A stretch of DNA of 64,000 nucleotides from Eledone cirrhosa (GCA_964016885.1 OZ024743.1:256618001-256682000); one strand, 5' to 3'. Counted from the stretch's first letter, positions 12,705-26,915 are shown. A program made the numbers and translations. The notes: a model not told the origin generated them from the letters alone.

Positions 12705-12940
12705 TTTCTTTATTGATCAGAAGGGCATCGACATACAAGAGAGAATACAAAGAAAAGGGACTGTTTTGGGGTTTACAGAAAATCTAGTATAAAAAGAGTA
12801 TCACAAATGAAATTTCCTAAGAGGTAGTACCACCGAAGGTTGACTTAGGAACCCTACCAATCCTAACCCCCCCCCCCGCTACTCTTCGAGAGCACCCTAG
12901 GAGGGTGCTCTTCTCCTCTCAAAACTAGTCAGCCTACACG
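12705..12940 (-). mobile_element. Probable 3' UTR remnant of a Tx1/L1-like LINE
   Basis: Minus strand ends ...CAATAAAGAAA like the other Tx1-like 3' ends. It has a G-run and the hairpin GAGCACCCT-agg-AGGGTGCTC. Confidence 0.4.
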
Positions 12941-13549
12941 TAAATGAATAATGATAATAATGATAACTGCTATAACCGAATAAAATGGCTGCCTTGTGGT
13001 GGCACACACACTGGATCATTTGGTGCTAAGTTTTTGTCACATTTATACTGACTTTGTTTGGGCAAAATCACTCTCATCAGTTTTGGCAACTGACCAAGCA
13101 AACATCATAGCAGTGAAACATATCTTCTCTTGTGGGATTTGCTCTTAAGGCCCATTCCAAATATTTTCTCTTCTTCATCTTTTTGAAAATGTCCAATTCA
13201 TAATGGCTAGTTAAAGATATTCTCCATAAAGTTGCAGTCACAAAGGACAAGCTATTTATAGCACTTCACATAGCAGAGCAACAACCAAACCTTGTGAATC
13301 CCTGATAACAACAACAATAACAACATAAATCAAAATTAGCAGCAACTCAAACTAACAATTTTAATAAGGATATCAACAATTTGCCAATCGTTTTTTTTAT
13401 AGCAAAGACAAAAATAACAGCAACAATAATTCGACTAGACTTGATGCACTGACTTTCACCAGGGCGAAACATGCAGTATCAGCCATACGACAAGAAGATG
13501 AAAAAAAAAAGTGATGAACAATGCAATGACACCTACATTACCACATCCA

Positions 13550-13635
13550 CTACAACCACCAATACCATCACCACTACCACCACTACCACCACCACCACCA
13601 CCACCACCACCACCACCACCACCACCACCACCATC
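13550..13635. repeat. (ACC)n microsatellite
   Basis: Directly visible. It explains the spurious poly-Pro, poly-Thr and poly-Gly ORFs. Confidence 0.95.
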
Positions 13636-14429
13636 ACAGAAACATTTGAAAAAAGAAACCCTTTCAAGTAAAATCTTTCTCAACCCCACTGCCGCCAACA
13701 CTGCTACCTACAGCAGCACAGTCATTGCTTCAGTGATAGTTGGAATAGGCTACAGCAACAGCAGAAACAACGACAATAACAAAAATAGCTAAAAGGCCAG
13801 AAGGGGGTCTTTATCCTTGGTTGGTGCCCTTTCTATTGGTAGTGTACATAACTAAAATACTGATAGTTGCACAACCTTATAAATGCAAATCTCATGAAAA
13901 TGACGACAAGAACAAAAGTAAATTCAAACAGCTATTGCTATCAAAGTGGAACTCTTGATGGGAGTTTCTTGGAGGCAACTGGAAGTGACGGTGTTGAGCA
14001 GGGCATGTGTGACAGGAGTCGAGCTGTGGCCTGTTCCAGCTATCACTGAGGCAGTGACTGTGCTCACCACAGAGGATATAGGTATTCACAAGCAGAGTTG
14101 GATTTCGATCTTGGGGGTCTCCTCATATTTACAATTAAAATACACAGCAAACCCCCAATTTTACATATCAAAGTTAATTTGGCACAAGTAATTGGAATTG
14201 AAAAGTTATACATACAGCTTTTAAATTAAAAATATCTAACCATCTTAAATCTAAGAAGTCCAGCTGAGGGCAGAAATAGATTGCTATGGCTATTGCTGGT
14301 GGGGCCTCCCACTGGAGGAGGTTCAGGGCAATCACCCACTTTGCCCCCATTAAATCTGGCTCTACCCATAAGTACTCATCACGCAGCTGTACCACAAAAT
14401 AAACCACAGGTTTATAGCTGCAGAACAGT

Positions 14430-15712
14430 AAAATGATGCAAGGAAATTGGAGGCAAAATGAAATTGAGCAAAGAATCTAATAAAATTGCAATCAAGTATC
14501 ACATTCTTGCAAAAGAGGCAGGCATTGGAAAAAGTCTAGAATATTTGAAATCAGTATGATGGGACAGATAAGGAAAATTAGATGTAATTGGCTCATCAAT
14601 GAGAGGGCCTGAAATTTGAAGTTCAATGTATGAATGTTAATGCTGGAGATAACTTTGATGATGTGAATGTGGGAAGTGGAAAACGGAAATCATAATGGAA
14701 ATGAATCAACTTATTAAGAATTAATCTACCAAAACGCTGACAAGGGGAAAATGCTGAACTAAAACGCGGAGAGAGTGGAATAGCAAGTGATTGACAATGC
14801 GGACATTGTAAATGTGAATAAAAATGAAAATGAAGAAAAGGAAGAAACAAGATTGCTCATCAAATAATAATAATTGAGATTCGTTTAATGACCCTGGATT
14901 CTATAAGACACTACTGAATCTTCAGAATATATAGAGAAAATTGAAACAGTCAAAGTAAGCTTTCAATAACGCACATAGAAACTAATGGTATCTCCAACTT
15001 GAGAAAGTTAATTAACACTGCAGGGTTTCTGCTGGAGGAGTGATTGAGTAAACTGAAAGGAAGAAATGTAAGGAACTCTGGTGGAAGATAAGATTTGAAG
15101 TTAATATAATTCAGCTCAGAAAAGATCCAGAAAAAAGGGATGTATGGCATAGAGAAAGGTGGAAAAAAAGCTAAAGTAGGGGAGAGACATTGCATGAACC
15201 TGAGGCATAAAATAAAGTTGAAAGTCATGAATGTAGTGATGGAAGAAGTGAAGCAACAAATTCAGGCAAAATCTAATCAGGTTAGGCACTATACAAATAG
15301 ACAAAAACAATACTACCAGAAAAGATTGTTCTCTGTAAATCAGAAAATGTTCTTTAGAATACTGTCAGGGGAAAATGGTGCAGAAGATTCACCTAATCTT
15401 GAAGAATCCACACAATATTGGTCAAATCTATGGGGATTTGCAAAAGAGCATAACAAAGATGCAAGATAGCTAAATGGAATTCAGCATAAGTTATCTAATG
15501 AAGCAAAACAGAGATAGGAAAGAATTTCAAAGGAAGATGTTCTAGAGCAAGTTAGGAAAATGCCAAACTGGAAATCTCTTGGACAGAATGGGATCCAATG
15601 ATTCTAGTTGAAAAGATATAAAAGTGTTCATTGAAGGCACGGGAAGCAGCTAAATTGTTGTGTAGTACTTAAAGTTTCAAGTGGGATGGTTGAAGGAAAG
15701 CAACTTTGATAA
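14430..15712 (+). mobile_element. 5' part of a decayed R4/Dong-like RLE non-LTR retrotransposon
   Basis: KQQIQAKSNQVRHYTNRQKQYYQKRLFSVNQKMFFR...PNLEESTQYWSNLW...EHNKDA, then RKMPNWKSLGQNGIQ. The frame continues after the Helitron. The 5' boundary is approximate. Confidence 0.75.
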
Positions 15713-16060
15713 TCTCTATATATAAAACAGAAGATGTCTGTCCGTTTGTGTAACCGCATGCATTTCTACATTTTACAACGGATTTGCACCAAAATTTCAT
15801 ACATAGGTTTCTGAAGTCCTATTACGCGTCGTAGGTCATTTTATATTTCCATACATCAATTGTGGTAGCCCCCTTAAGCCTCTCCCTTCGACTTATCTAT
15901 TGAAGTTCACATTAACACTGTATTAGTACCTGATAACTTTTGAAGTTTACGTTCGAATTCGTTTTCACTTTCAAAACAACAATCATCGTCGGATGAAATT
16001 TCAGAAATGTAAACATCTGATTCATTTGAAGATAAATCATTAATATTATCTTTTGTTTCT

Positions 16061-16246
16061 AGCGGTGGATTGGCAGTATCGGTAGAGAGTCGGACGCCAT
16101 GCTTTGACGCATAGAGTTACGGCCCTTGCCATTCTGAGTTCAAATCCCGCCGAGGTTAACTTTGCCTTTCATCCTTACGGGGTCGATAAAATAAAGTACC
16201 AGTAATGCACTGGGTATTTGCTAGCCTTGTGCCTAAAGTAGAAACA
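16061..16246 (+). mobile_element. SINE A inserted inside the Helitron, 16-bp TSD
   Basis: ATTATCTTTTGTTTCT at 16045-16060 and 16247-16262. Confidence 0.9.
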
Positions 16247-16842
16247 ATTATCTTTTGTTTCTTGTTCATTTTGAATGTCGTCGTGTGTAAAAACTTGAAA
16301 GTCGGTATCGCTAATTTCATAAGCCATGTTGATACAAACAAAAAATCTATTCTACTTTCAACGTTAAAAAAACACGCGTTGTTTTAAGTTGTTTCACTAT
16401 TAAATGTTAATTTTCGCCTAATCTCGCAGTAATCTCGAATTGACGAGATTTTGATGACGGTATTGTTTATTTTTAGAACGATATTTAAGTGTGGGTGTTA
16501 CGGCGGTTTTGGGTGGTTTGAAGGGGAAATAATTTCGGACGGTTTGAACACTAAAGGGTTAAAGGAGGTTTAGTTAATGTGTTTATGGTCATAAGGTTCT
16601 AGTTTATCATGCTGTGATTTTTCGGCCATTTTCCCGGTATCCTTTCAATGGTTAGTACTTACTTTGCGTTGCCTCTAACTTAAAATCTGAAATTTGACTG
16701 GTACACAAAATCTTGCAAAACATGCCCACTTTCTCAGACCACATTGATTTATTACATTTTTTCATAATTTATATCCGTGTTTTTTGCTTACTTAAACGTT
16801 ATTTGTCCACTATCGTTCTCCCTTGTTAATTTTCTAAAAACA

Positions 16843-19800
16843 ATGCCCCCCAAGAAAAGAACTCTCATTGGTCAATTATCTAATGATGCAAGTAGGTCTA
16901 AGCGAAGGCGTCTCACCGAAGATGTAAATGCAACTGCGATCAGGCTCTCACAGAATGCTGTGCAGACGGCAGCTGCAAGAGCGGAGGAGGATGACAGTCG
17001 GCGTGAACTTCGACGGAACAAAAGTGCTGCCGCGACTGCTGCTGCTCGCGCACGAGAGGACGAAGGACGACGTGCCGTTCGACGTAGCAGGGACGCCGCT
17101 GCAACATTCGCTGCTCGCGACGAGAGGATGAAGGACGACGCTCCGTTCGACGAAGCAGGGACGCCACTGCCACTGTTGCTGCACGAAATACTGAAAACCT
17201 AGAGCAACGACGTGGCCGACTTCTGCAAAGTGAACAGCGGCGATCATCGTTACATAGCATTTCTAGGACTTGCATTTCACGATGGTTGTTGAAGGTCTTT
17301 AAGTACGATCCGTCCTCCGACTACGCCGTCCATGCAGATATTCAAATTGGGGAAATGACCCCTACTTGCCAGTTTTGTCGTACGAAAAAGTGTCCAAGAG
17401 AGAGAGATGGAATGTGCTGTTCAAACGGTAAAGTCAGACTACCTCCTATTCACGACCCTCCAGAGACATTGCAACTCCTTTTGACAGACACGGCGGAGGA
17501 ATCATCGAAGTTTCTGCGTAATATCCGCCGCTAGAATTCCGCGTTTCAGATGACATCCTTCGGAGAAAAGCTTGCCTCGGAACGTGGTTTCATTCCAACT
17601 TTCAAAGTCCAGGGGCAGATCTACCACTTGATTGGTTCTATTCAGCCTCTGGCAGAAAAGGATCCTCAATTTTTTCATTATACTTCGTTGGAAACTATCA
17701 GGAGCAGGCAGAGATGCGAAACTCTATTTCGTCCGAAACTAACATTGGAACCATAATAAAACTTCAAGAAATGCTTCGCGACAAAAACAGTTATGTTCGC
17801 AGTTTCAAGTACGCTTTGGAAACATCCACCGACCAAAACTTTAGTGTGGTCATACATGCTGACCGAAGGCCATCTGGAGAACACGCTGGTCGGTTCAACG
17901 CACCAACATGTAATGAGATTGCTGCGGTTATTTGTGGTGAACAGCACAACAAGAGTGATATTATTCTAAAGCACCGAGACAGCACATTATAGCGTATCAA
18001 TGAGACACACAGGTCCTACGATGCACTCCAGTATCCATTGCTATTTGTTAACGGCGAGGACGGATACCATTTCGGCATTCCTCAACATTCGGCAGGCAAT
18101 GGTGAGGCACATCTTAGGAAAGCTGTCACCTGCATGGATTTCTATGCTTTCTGATTTATGGTAAGGGACAATTCATTCAACCATCTACACCGTTCTCGGG
18201 ACCTTTTCCAACAATTTGCTGTTGATATGGCCGTTAAAATGGAGTCCGAGAGATTGTGGTTCATTAAATTAAATCAAAAGAAACTTCGATCTGAATGCTA
18301 CATTCATCTACGCGATGGAATTAACAACGACGTATCCCCAGACAATTTCGGGAAAGTGTGTATTTTGCCTTCAACGTTCACAGGGTGATCCTGATACATG
18401 CAAGAGAGGACTCAGGACGCCATGACCTACGTACGACATTATGTGCGCCCTGACCTTTTCATAATGTTTACATGTAATCTCAAGTGGAAGGAGATTACAA
18501 ACGAACTGTTCCACGGTCAAGCGCCAAGACACAATCACGATCTCATAGCAAGAGTGTTTCGCCTGAAATTATCCAAATTAATGGATTTATTAAAGAAAGG
18601 ACAGGTTTTTGGGCCTGTCAGGTGCGACATGTACACGGTTGAATGGCAGAAACGAGAGCTGTGAGGCAACACGGAAACATCGCATTGGCTGTGGCTTCTT
18701 CCGGCATTGCAGCAACTTTGCTGCCTGGTGGCAGGACGGCCCATTCTGCCTTCAGTCTTCCTCTCAACGTGGTATCATCTGAGACACCCGCAAAATCAGC
18801 AAGTCTTCCGGAAAAGCGTTGGTGTTAAACCTACTAATTGTTTGGGACGAATGCACAATGGCCCACAGGGCGGCTTTCGAGGAATTAGACCGGTCACTCA
18901 GAGACTTCAGGGACCGTCAAGAACCAATGGGAGGTGTCACTTTCCTGTTATCTAGGGACTTCCGACAGATTCTGCCTGTAATCCCAAAAGATACGCGGGC
19001 TGATGAGGTTGGTGCATGCCTTAAGGCCTCCCCACTTTGGCGTTATGTAAGAAAGCTGACGCTTACAACAAACATGAGAGCACAACTGCAAAGTGATGAG
19101 ACATCAGCGGGTTTTGCTGCTGCCATTTTTGTTGTTGGGAGATGGCAAAGTCCCACTCGACGGAGATGGTACAGCGGACCTCACAGGGATTTGCAGATGC
19201 GTTAAGTCTATTGCTGAGTTACGGACGTCTGTTTTTCCTAATCTTGAGGAGAACTACACAAATCAAGAGTGGTTGTGTGAACGCGCAATATTGGCTTCGA
19301 AAAACCACATAGTTGGAAACATCAATGAACAGCTCATGCTGTGCTTGCCTGGAAACCTGCATGTCTACAAGTCCCTTGACTCTATGGCTGATCTGGACGA
19401 AGTTGTTAATTACCCCACAGAATTTCTTAACTCTCTGGACCCCCCGGATTGCCACCACACTTACTGCGACTTAAGAAAGGTGCCCCTGTCATGCTCCTCA
19501 GAAATTTGGAACCCCGAAGTCCTTCCAACGGCACGCGTCTGGTCATCCAAAAGGCGATGCATCATGTTATTGATGCAACACTACTTACAGGATGTAGTAA
19601 GGGGGATACTGTCTTCATACCAAGGATACCTTCGATAAAGAAATTCCTTTCACATTCAGAAGGCTGTAATTCCCTCTCCGACTCAGTTTCGCCATGTCGA
19701 TTAACAAATCACAGGGTCAGACGCTGACGGTCGTAGGGCTTAATTTAGAAGAACCGTGCTTCTCCCATGGTCAACTATATGTTGGCTGCTCTCGAGTGGG

Positions 19801-19903
19801 GAGCCGACATAACCTATTTGCTTTTGCAGCTCGCGAGAAAACCCAAAATATAGTCTACAAGGAAGTTTTGTTGGCACCCCATCCGTCAACAGGTAATCGC
19901 TGA
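16843..19903 (+). pseudogene. Helitron RepHel (zinc finger + Rep N-part + Pif1-family helicase), disrupted
   Basis: MPPKKR start; CQFC...CCSNGKV; TFKVQGQIYH; LPSTFTG; RPDLFIMFTCN; VEWQKR. Helicase motifs ALAVASSGIAATLLPGGRTAHS, IVWDECTM, DFRQILPV, PVMLLRNL, SINKSQGQTL, FSHGQLYVGCSRV. Many frameshifts and stops. Confidence 0.92.
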
Positions 19904-20547
19904 TTTTTTTTTTGTATAAGTGCTACATTTGTTGTATCCTTGTGCTACTTTTGTCCTTTTGAAAATACCACGTACGTCTCTGAGGTTGCTTTTGATATAC
20001 GTTATAAATGTTCAATGTCTCCGTTTTCCGCATTTATATGTTGCTATTACGCTTTGCTATCGATATTCAGTAGTTTTAACCTAATTAATCTACTTTTCCC
20101 TACATCTTATTTACACATTTTTCTGACATTCCAGCGTGATCTTGCCAAGGCCGTTTTTGTGGCCGCCGACTGTTACATGCTTTTCTAGGTTACAATCTCA
20201 AATAACAAGCAAAGCAAATTCGACACACCAAAGTGGTGTGAAGGACTTCTTAAGGGCCACCACCTCTAATCGGAGTCGTCTTTGCTGATAGCTTTGCCAC
20301 TGAGACTTTTAAGAGTAAACGATCCAAGGCCCTCTTCAGGGCCACCAAGTTTAAATTGTTACCATCGGATTCGTCTTTGCTGGCAGCACCGCCACATAGA
20401 TATTTGAAAGATCGTTCAAAGGCCATCTTTAGGGCCAACACCTATAAATTGTTACTTCTATAGTCGTGTTTAATGGAAGTCTTTCGGTTAATTTGAACGA
20501 CTACTCCATTGAGAGTTATACCAGGCAACGCCGGGTACCTCTGCTAG

Positions 20548-21018
20548 TGAAAGATAAAATGAAAGATCACTTAGTTGGAAATTACAGGCTACTTGCTAGC
20601 TTGAATTTGTTTTCAAAGCTGCAAAAGTGCAAGATTATTTGCTTCAGAATAAGATGCAACTTGTCAAGCAAAATGAGTGTATGAAAAATTCCCAGGGAAC
20701 CAATGACCATTTTGAAGTTGACAAGGTGATCATGAATAACTGTAAAAGATGTTTAAAGAATTTATGCATGACTTGGATAGACTTTAAAAAAGCTTTTGAC
20801 TTGGTCCCACATTCATGGGTACTAAAACTTTGAGAATGTTTGGGATAATAAACTGTTATTAATGTAATGGGGTCTAGCATGTCTTTGTGGAAGACAAACC
20901 TGTACACAGGAAATAAAAACCTAGGTGTGGTAAAAAAAAGAAGAGGAATATTTCAAGAAGTTTCCTTCTCACCATTGCTCTTTGTGATTTCCATGATTCC
21001 ATTATCAATAGTCTTCCA
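20548..21018 (+). mobile_element. RT region of the same R4/Dong-like LINE, resuming after the Helitron
   Basis: MKDKMKDHLVGNYRLLASL, WIDFKKAFDLVPHSWV and RRGIFQEVSFSPLLFVISMIPLS. Confidence 0.8.
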
Positions 21019-21869
21019 TGCGCTATGTTCATGTTGGTTCTGTTGTCATTTTAACTGTTGTGACTATGGATGGTAGTCTTGTTTCTCTTGGCTTTCCCAT
21101 TCATGGTTTAGGTATAGATATCACTGTTGTCAACATTACTTTTGGTGCAGAAAGTTTTGGCATCCTTTCTACCTCTTTGGCTGATGATGTGCAAACATAC
21201 ACTAAAGCCATGTCATCTCCAGCTTTACCTCAATGACTTCGCAATTTTTCTAAGATTCATAACTTGCTAAATAAATCATATCTCTAGAAGTTCAGGTCAG
21301 ATTAACCAATATTTTTACCTACCTAAAACATCTGCCTAGCAATTTTCCTTAAACATTCTATACTACCGGAGCTGGCTCTGTGATCTCTTAATACAGAGAT
21401 GTAGCAGCTCTACTTGGAGTGCCCTCCTCATCTATGGGCTATGTGCCTTATCTCCCTTCTTCCGAGGAATGCTGAAGCTTGTGCATTTTCATTCCTGCCA
21501 GCAAACCTATTAAGTGCTTGTTAAAAATCATTGTCTGCATTGTCTGGAAATATCAGCCAACAGATCCTACACTCATCAGGATTGATATCACTTCCAACTT
21601 GTGCATCTCATTCCTGTTCGTGAAAGTTAAGTGACAATATTCTCTGGGAGAATATTGTCACAGCAGAGGTGACAATATTCTCCCTTGGTATATTGAACAC
21701 AAATATTAGATCATTCCTATAAGGACTTCTAGGCATACCCCTTCAGAACCTTATATATACAGCAATCTTTCAAACAGTTTCCATCTAACAAAGTTAACCC
21801 ACAAGTTAACTCAAGCATTTAAAAAGAAACACTTGTGTAAAGTGCTACACAGTGGGATTAAACCCAAAC

Positions 21870-22500
21870 AATTCATTAACCTAGGTGATCAGATTAGCAT
21901 GAGAGAGGGGTATTCCGAGGCCATAGTATCTAGAATAAGGACAAGTTGGAAGAAGTTTAGGGAGCAGCTTCCTCTGTTGACAAAGAAGGGTTTCTCCCTG
22001 CATACGAAAGGACGGTTATACGATGCCTGTGTGAGATGCGCGATGCTGCATGGTAGTGAAGCATGGGCAGCAACTGCAGAGGGTATGCGACTGCTGGAGA
22101 GAAATGAAGCAAGCATGCACCATTGGACGTGCAATGTCAATGTGCGTGAACGACCAAGCATAGATGAGTTGAGAAAGAAACTGGGTATAAGAGGGATAAG
22201 TTGTGGTGTGCAGGAGAGAAAACTGAGATGGTATGGACATGTGATGAGCATGGAGGATGACTGCTGGGTAAAGAATTGCCAAAAAATCCCAGTAGAAGGA
22301 AGATGCAGTAGATGTAGACCACAAAAAACATGGGTGGACGTGGTGAGAGCAGAACTCAGATTGCTGAAACTCACCGAGGAGATGATGAAGGGCTGTGACA
22401 AGTGGAGAGATGCTGTACTGAATAGGATCCATCCCAACCTTGCAAGGAGGGAAAAGACGACGTAAAATGATGATGATAATGATGATGATGATGATGATGA
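21870..22500 (+). mobile_element. 5'-truncated RTE-clade LINE 3' end
   Basis: RIRTSWKKFRE, GRLYDACV, AMLHGSEAW, LRWYGHV, RPQKTW, followed by a (GAT)n tail. Related to the 8828-9349 ORF. Confidence 0.9.
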
Positions 22501-22908
22501 ACTCTTATAAACATAAAATATATATATTATCTAAATAAACAATTAATCTCAACGTTTTTGATATTGCTGAAGGAATTTTAAAATGATGTTAAGTGATAAA
22601 ACCAAAATAACACAAGGCAAAGGATTATGTTAGATTTCTGAAAAGGTTTTAACAAATAGTCTATCTATTTAAAACCTGGGAATTATATTTCTATTACCAT
22701 GTTTGATTTTTAAGCATACAAATGAAAATAAAATATTCTCTATTCTATTAGCTTGAAGATGAATTATTTGCATGAAGTTAGGGTATATCAAGTGGGGAAG
22801 ACATATTATATCTAAACATTTTGAATATATGAAGAAACCTGTGATATAGCAATTTATCAAGGTGTATAAATTTCTATTCCAAATTATACACACAAACACA
22901 CGCACACA

Positions 22909-22954
<46 letters not shown>

Positions 22955-23042
22955 ATAATAATAAATTTGAAGACTAAAATCCAAAGAGGGCTTGATAATG
23001 ATAAGAACCGTAGAGCAAATATTTATTAAAATAACAGATTAA

Positions 23043-23077
<35 letters not shown>

Positions 23078-23149
23078 TGAAGAGATAGAATCTTGACAGC
23101 AAGCAGCTACATTTCAACTTGCTTCAAGAGGTTCTGCAAAGGGCATGAG

Positions 23150-23800
23150 AAAGCTTATAGAAACAGATTGAAATGGCAGGGCTCTCCATCCTTCTGAGAT
23201 TCATACAGTAATGATGTGAGAAAATATGTCTTATAGACTTTTACTTTCGTCTTCAGTGTGATCCCATGCTCGGACAAAAAGCCTGACTTGATTTCTGAAT
23301 TATGAGATCCACTACATCATCCAGGCTGCAGAACCTGTTCACTGTGCTTTCAAGGTAAACAGATTTTTCTAATACTCCTAGGCACTTTCCATGTGCAAAA
23401 TGCAGGATCACCAGAGTTTTCTTAAGACTTATTGTCAGTTGCAATCAGTGAAAGCATTCTGAACCCCATCCATCAGATGTTGCATACCCTTTCTCCATGA
23501 GACATAGGGTTACAGCCATCAGCATGTGCTTTTATCTTACCTTGCTTGGATTACTTTCTTCCAGTTATTTCATTGATAAAACACCATGCAAGCTTGGCTT
23601 TTTGATTAAAGTGGTCATTACGCAGTAGTTCTCCTTTCTCCCTAAAGTAGCTTTCTTGTTCTTTGTTATAAGCATCATCTAGATTACTTTTAGCTTCAAC
23701 AATAAGCTGTTTGTTTCTTTCAGTTGGACGAAACATGTGTTTAGAATAGGCACTGTTTAATTCTTCCTCTCCCTTACTACTTCTTGGTTTTCCCATGGGA
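23150..23800 (-). mobile_element. Highly decayed LINE (RTE-like) fragments
   Basis: LTISLKKTLV, YLESTVNRFCSLDD..IQKSSQAF and AWCFINEITGRK resemble non-LTR ORF2 pieces. Confidence 0.5.
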
Positions 23801-24079
23801 ACTTGTGAGGAGAGCCTAACTAAGACTGAAAATTTATTAAAGGAGTTTATGATTTTTTTTATTTTACAGGGAAAAAAAATTAGTATTTTCTGGCATTTTT
23901 ACTAGCCTACATATTAAAAATGTGTATATTTCTATAAACATTAGCGCAGTCTCAATTACCCACTCTCTATGTATACAGATATAGCTTTATCATACATGTT
24001 GGCTGTTAGCACACTTTTCATAAGTATAGTATATATATGTATGTATGGTATACATATGCACACACACCCACACACACTA

Positions 24080-24085
24080 ACACAA

Positions 24086-24140
<55 letters not shown>

Positions 24141-24257
24141 CCATAGAATGTTGAGCTGCTACTTACAGAAAACTACATTATAGATAGCCTTGTCATTGTA
24201 ACATCATAACATCTCATCATAATAACTCATATTTAACATACACACATACACACACAC

Positions 24258-24308
<51 letters not shown>

Positions 24309-24393
24309 AATATATATATATATATTTATACACACACATATATATATATATATATACATATATATGTATATATACATATATTTATACATATGC

Positions 24394-24424
<31 letters not shown>

Positions 24425-24952
24425 TTTATATATATATAAACACATATTTATATATATATATATAGAGAGAGAGAGAGATATGTATACTTACATAGATACA
24501 TATATATACTTACACACACACACACGTGCATATATATATGTATATATATATGTATATGTATATATATATATACGTATATATGTATATATGTATATGTATA
24601 TATGTATATATGTATATGTATATATGTATATAGATAGATAGATAGATATATATATATACACACACACACACAGACATATATATATATACAAACATACATC
24701 TATATACATATATACATACCCCTGTACTAGCATGTGTTTCACCAAGTGTATAATGAAATAAATGACAGTTAAGGCAATTTTCCATATTTCCTTATGAATG
24801 TCTTTTATTACCATTCATTACTTTGGTTGGAGGCATTTGGGGAAATATTTCTTTCAAGATCGTCAAACATTATTATTATTTTTAATATTATTATTATTAC
24901 TAAAGTTTGGGCTTTTTCAGAAAGTTTACAGACCTATGTATCTATGTATATA

Positions 24953-25033
<81 letters not shown>

Positions 25034-25072
25034 CATGATTATATATTTATATGCATGGTGATGATGATAATG

Positions 25073-25104
<32 letters not shown>

Positions 25105-25130
25105 ATTTTATGTATAGATACATATAAACA
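24080..25130. repeat. Compound (TA)n/(CA)n/(GA)n/(TATG)n microsatellite zone
   Basis: Directly visible. Confidence 0.95.
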
Positions 25131-26915
25131 TATATAAAATACTATCTTTCAAACATATACCTCAAACATATAAACATATATACCTCAAACATATAAACCC
25201 ACACAAACACACACAAAGTCTTCCTGTTCATATCAGTGATATAATGGCCCTGTATTTATGTTCTGTGCTCTTCTACTTGTATAAAATATGAAGGGTGTAG
25301 TGGGAATTATTAGCAAAACAGTGAAAACTACATTGAAATCCTTGCTGACCAATATAATAACTGCTTATTGGATTATATCTATATCTGCTTTAAATTCCAG
25401 CCTATGATTCTCTTCCGTACAAAAGCATAACATCATGTAAGATGTAAATTAGACTGCCAGAGATGTTGCTATTCTCTTAGGTTTTTACAAAGCTCGAACT
25501 ATCTTGTAGTGTATTCCTTTCACTACTGATTTAAGTCATTGGTTGTGGACATGCTGGAGCACTGTCTTCAAACGATTTTATATTTCATTGATCTCTATTT
25601 GTTGAATCACTAGGTATATTTTATTATAACTCCAAAGCTATAATAGTGACTTGAGGGCCACTAGTTTTGTTTATTTGCTCTCTACAAACTCTATGTTGAA
25701 GAGTGCAATTATGTACAAAAGTCCTAATCCTTTAAACTCTTTATATTTATCCTAACACCTGCTATAATTTTATGTGAGAACCTAACCTTTGTTATGTTCC
25801 AAACTACTACTTAATAATGAGAAAGTTAGTTATATTAGTATCTATGACTTTTATATGTCATAACAATGTCACTTCAAAAATATTTAAAATCACACAATCA
25901 GTTGATTCTTCCCTTGAACAATTTCTTCATTTCATTTCAGTCTTCTATCTCTTTCCACCTCGCTCCATCTCTCCACGCAAACAATTTGACATACCACTTC
26001 CCTGCCATATATCTGTTTCCCTCTCTCTCTTTCACTTTTTCTCTCTCTACACACACCACCACCTCAACATACGACACCTCCCCAATATATATCTATGTTT
26101 CATTCTCTCTTTCTCCTCCACTCCACTCCCACACCTTATCATCTCACTTCCCCCTATATATCTATTCCCTTCTCTCAGTCTCTCTCTCTACACACACCAC
26201 CACTTCAACATACCATATCCCTAATATATACCTATATTTCTTTCTCTCCCTCACTTCCTCCTACTCCATCACCAACTACTCTTCTCAAGTTTTCCTTGCC
26301 ACTTCTAACAAAGCCATTCAAGTGTAGAATAAACATAATGGAAAAGAAGGAAAAAAATAGAATAGGCCTCTGATAAAGCAATTCGCTGCTCACTGGCAAT
26401 ACTACAGATAGAGGAGAAAAAATACAACAACCATCTTCAAAAGTTAAACAAATATTAAAAATTCACAAAGAATAGGCACCACGGAAAGAATTTATTGAAA
26501 AATTCGTACAATATAATATCCACAATATAATTCCATGGAGAATAAGGGCAAACAAACTTGCACAGACAAGACTCTCCCTAATTGGTCTACACCTTCCATA
26601 TATTTTAGTAAAGAACAGTTCACAAATAACCCCCCCCCCCCTCCCATTGTGCCATTGTAGCAGTGATCTAACCCCCCGAAAGCTATAGTTTTCCCTTCAA
26701 TAGTATAATTAACTAACGCACAAGAGCTGTTATGAAGTTTCTCTTCATTTCACTGCTTTCTTTTTGTTTGTTCATTATTACTATTATTATTATTATTATT
26801 ATTATTAGCAGCAACAGCAGCAGTAGTAGCAACAACAGAAGCAGTAGCAGTAGTAGTAGCAGCAACTGCAGCAGAAGTAGTTATTGTTACTATTATCATT
26901 ATTATAGCAGTGAAA

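Larger units (their letters stand above)
15713..20547 (+). mobile_element. Helitron with both termini, internally deleted and pseudogenised
   Basis: 5' TC (A|TCTCTATATATAAAA). Subterminal hairpin TACCAGGC-AAC-GCCGGGTA at 20519-20537 and 3' CTAG|T. Inserted between A and T with no TSD. RepHel remnants lie inside. Confidence 0.95.

Noticed and set aside
13456-13792. Poly-Pro, poly-Gly and poly-Thr ORFs
   Set aside because: All come from one (ACC)n tract, with no other coding signal.
13867-14407. GC-richer segment with short ORFs upstream of the R4-like LINE
   Set aside because: It may be that element's 5' UTR, but no motif supports either a gene or a boundary.
23077-23110. CTGAAGA-GAT-aga-ATC as a hammerhead
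   Set aside because: The GAAA box is absent (TTGACA) and there is no convincing stem I.
25980-26300. CT/CA-rich ~140-bp duplication and its ORFs
   Set aside because: Low-complexity sequence with no structural or coding signal.
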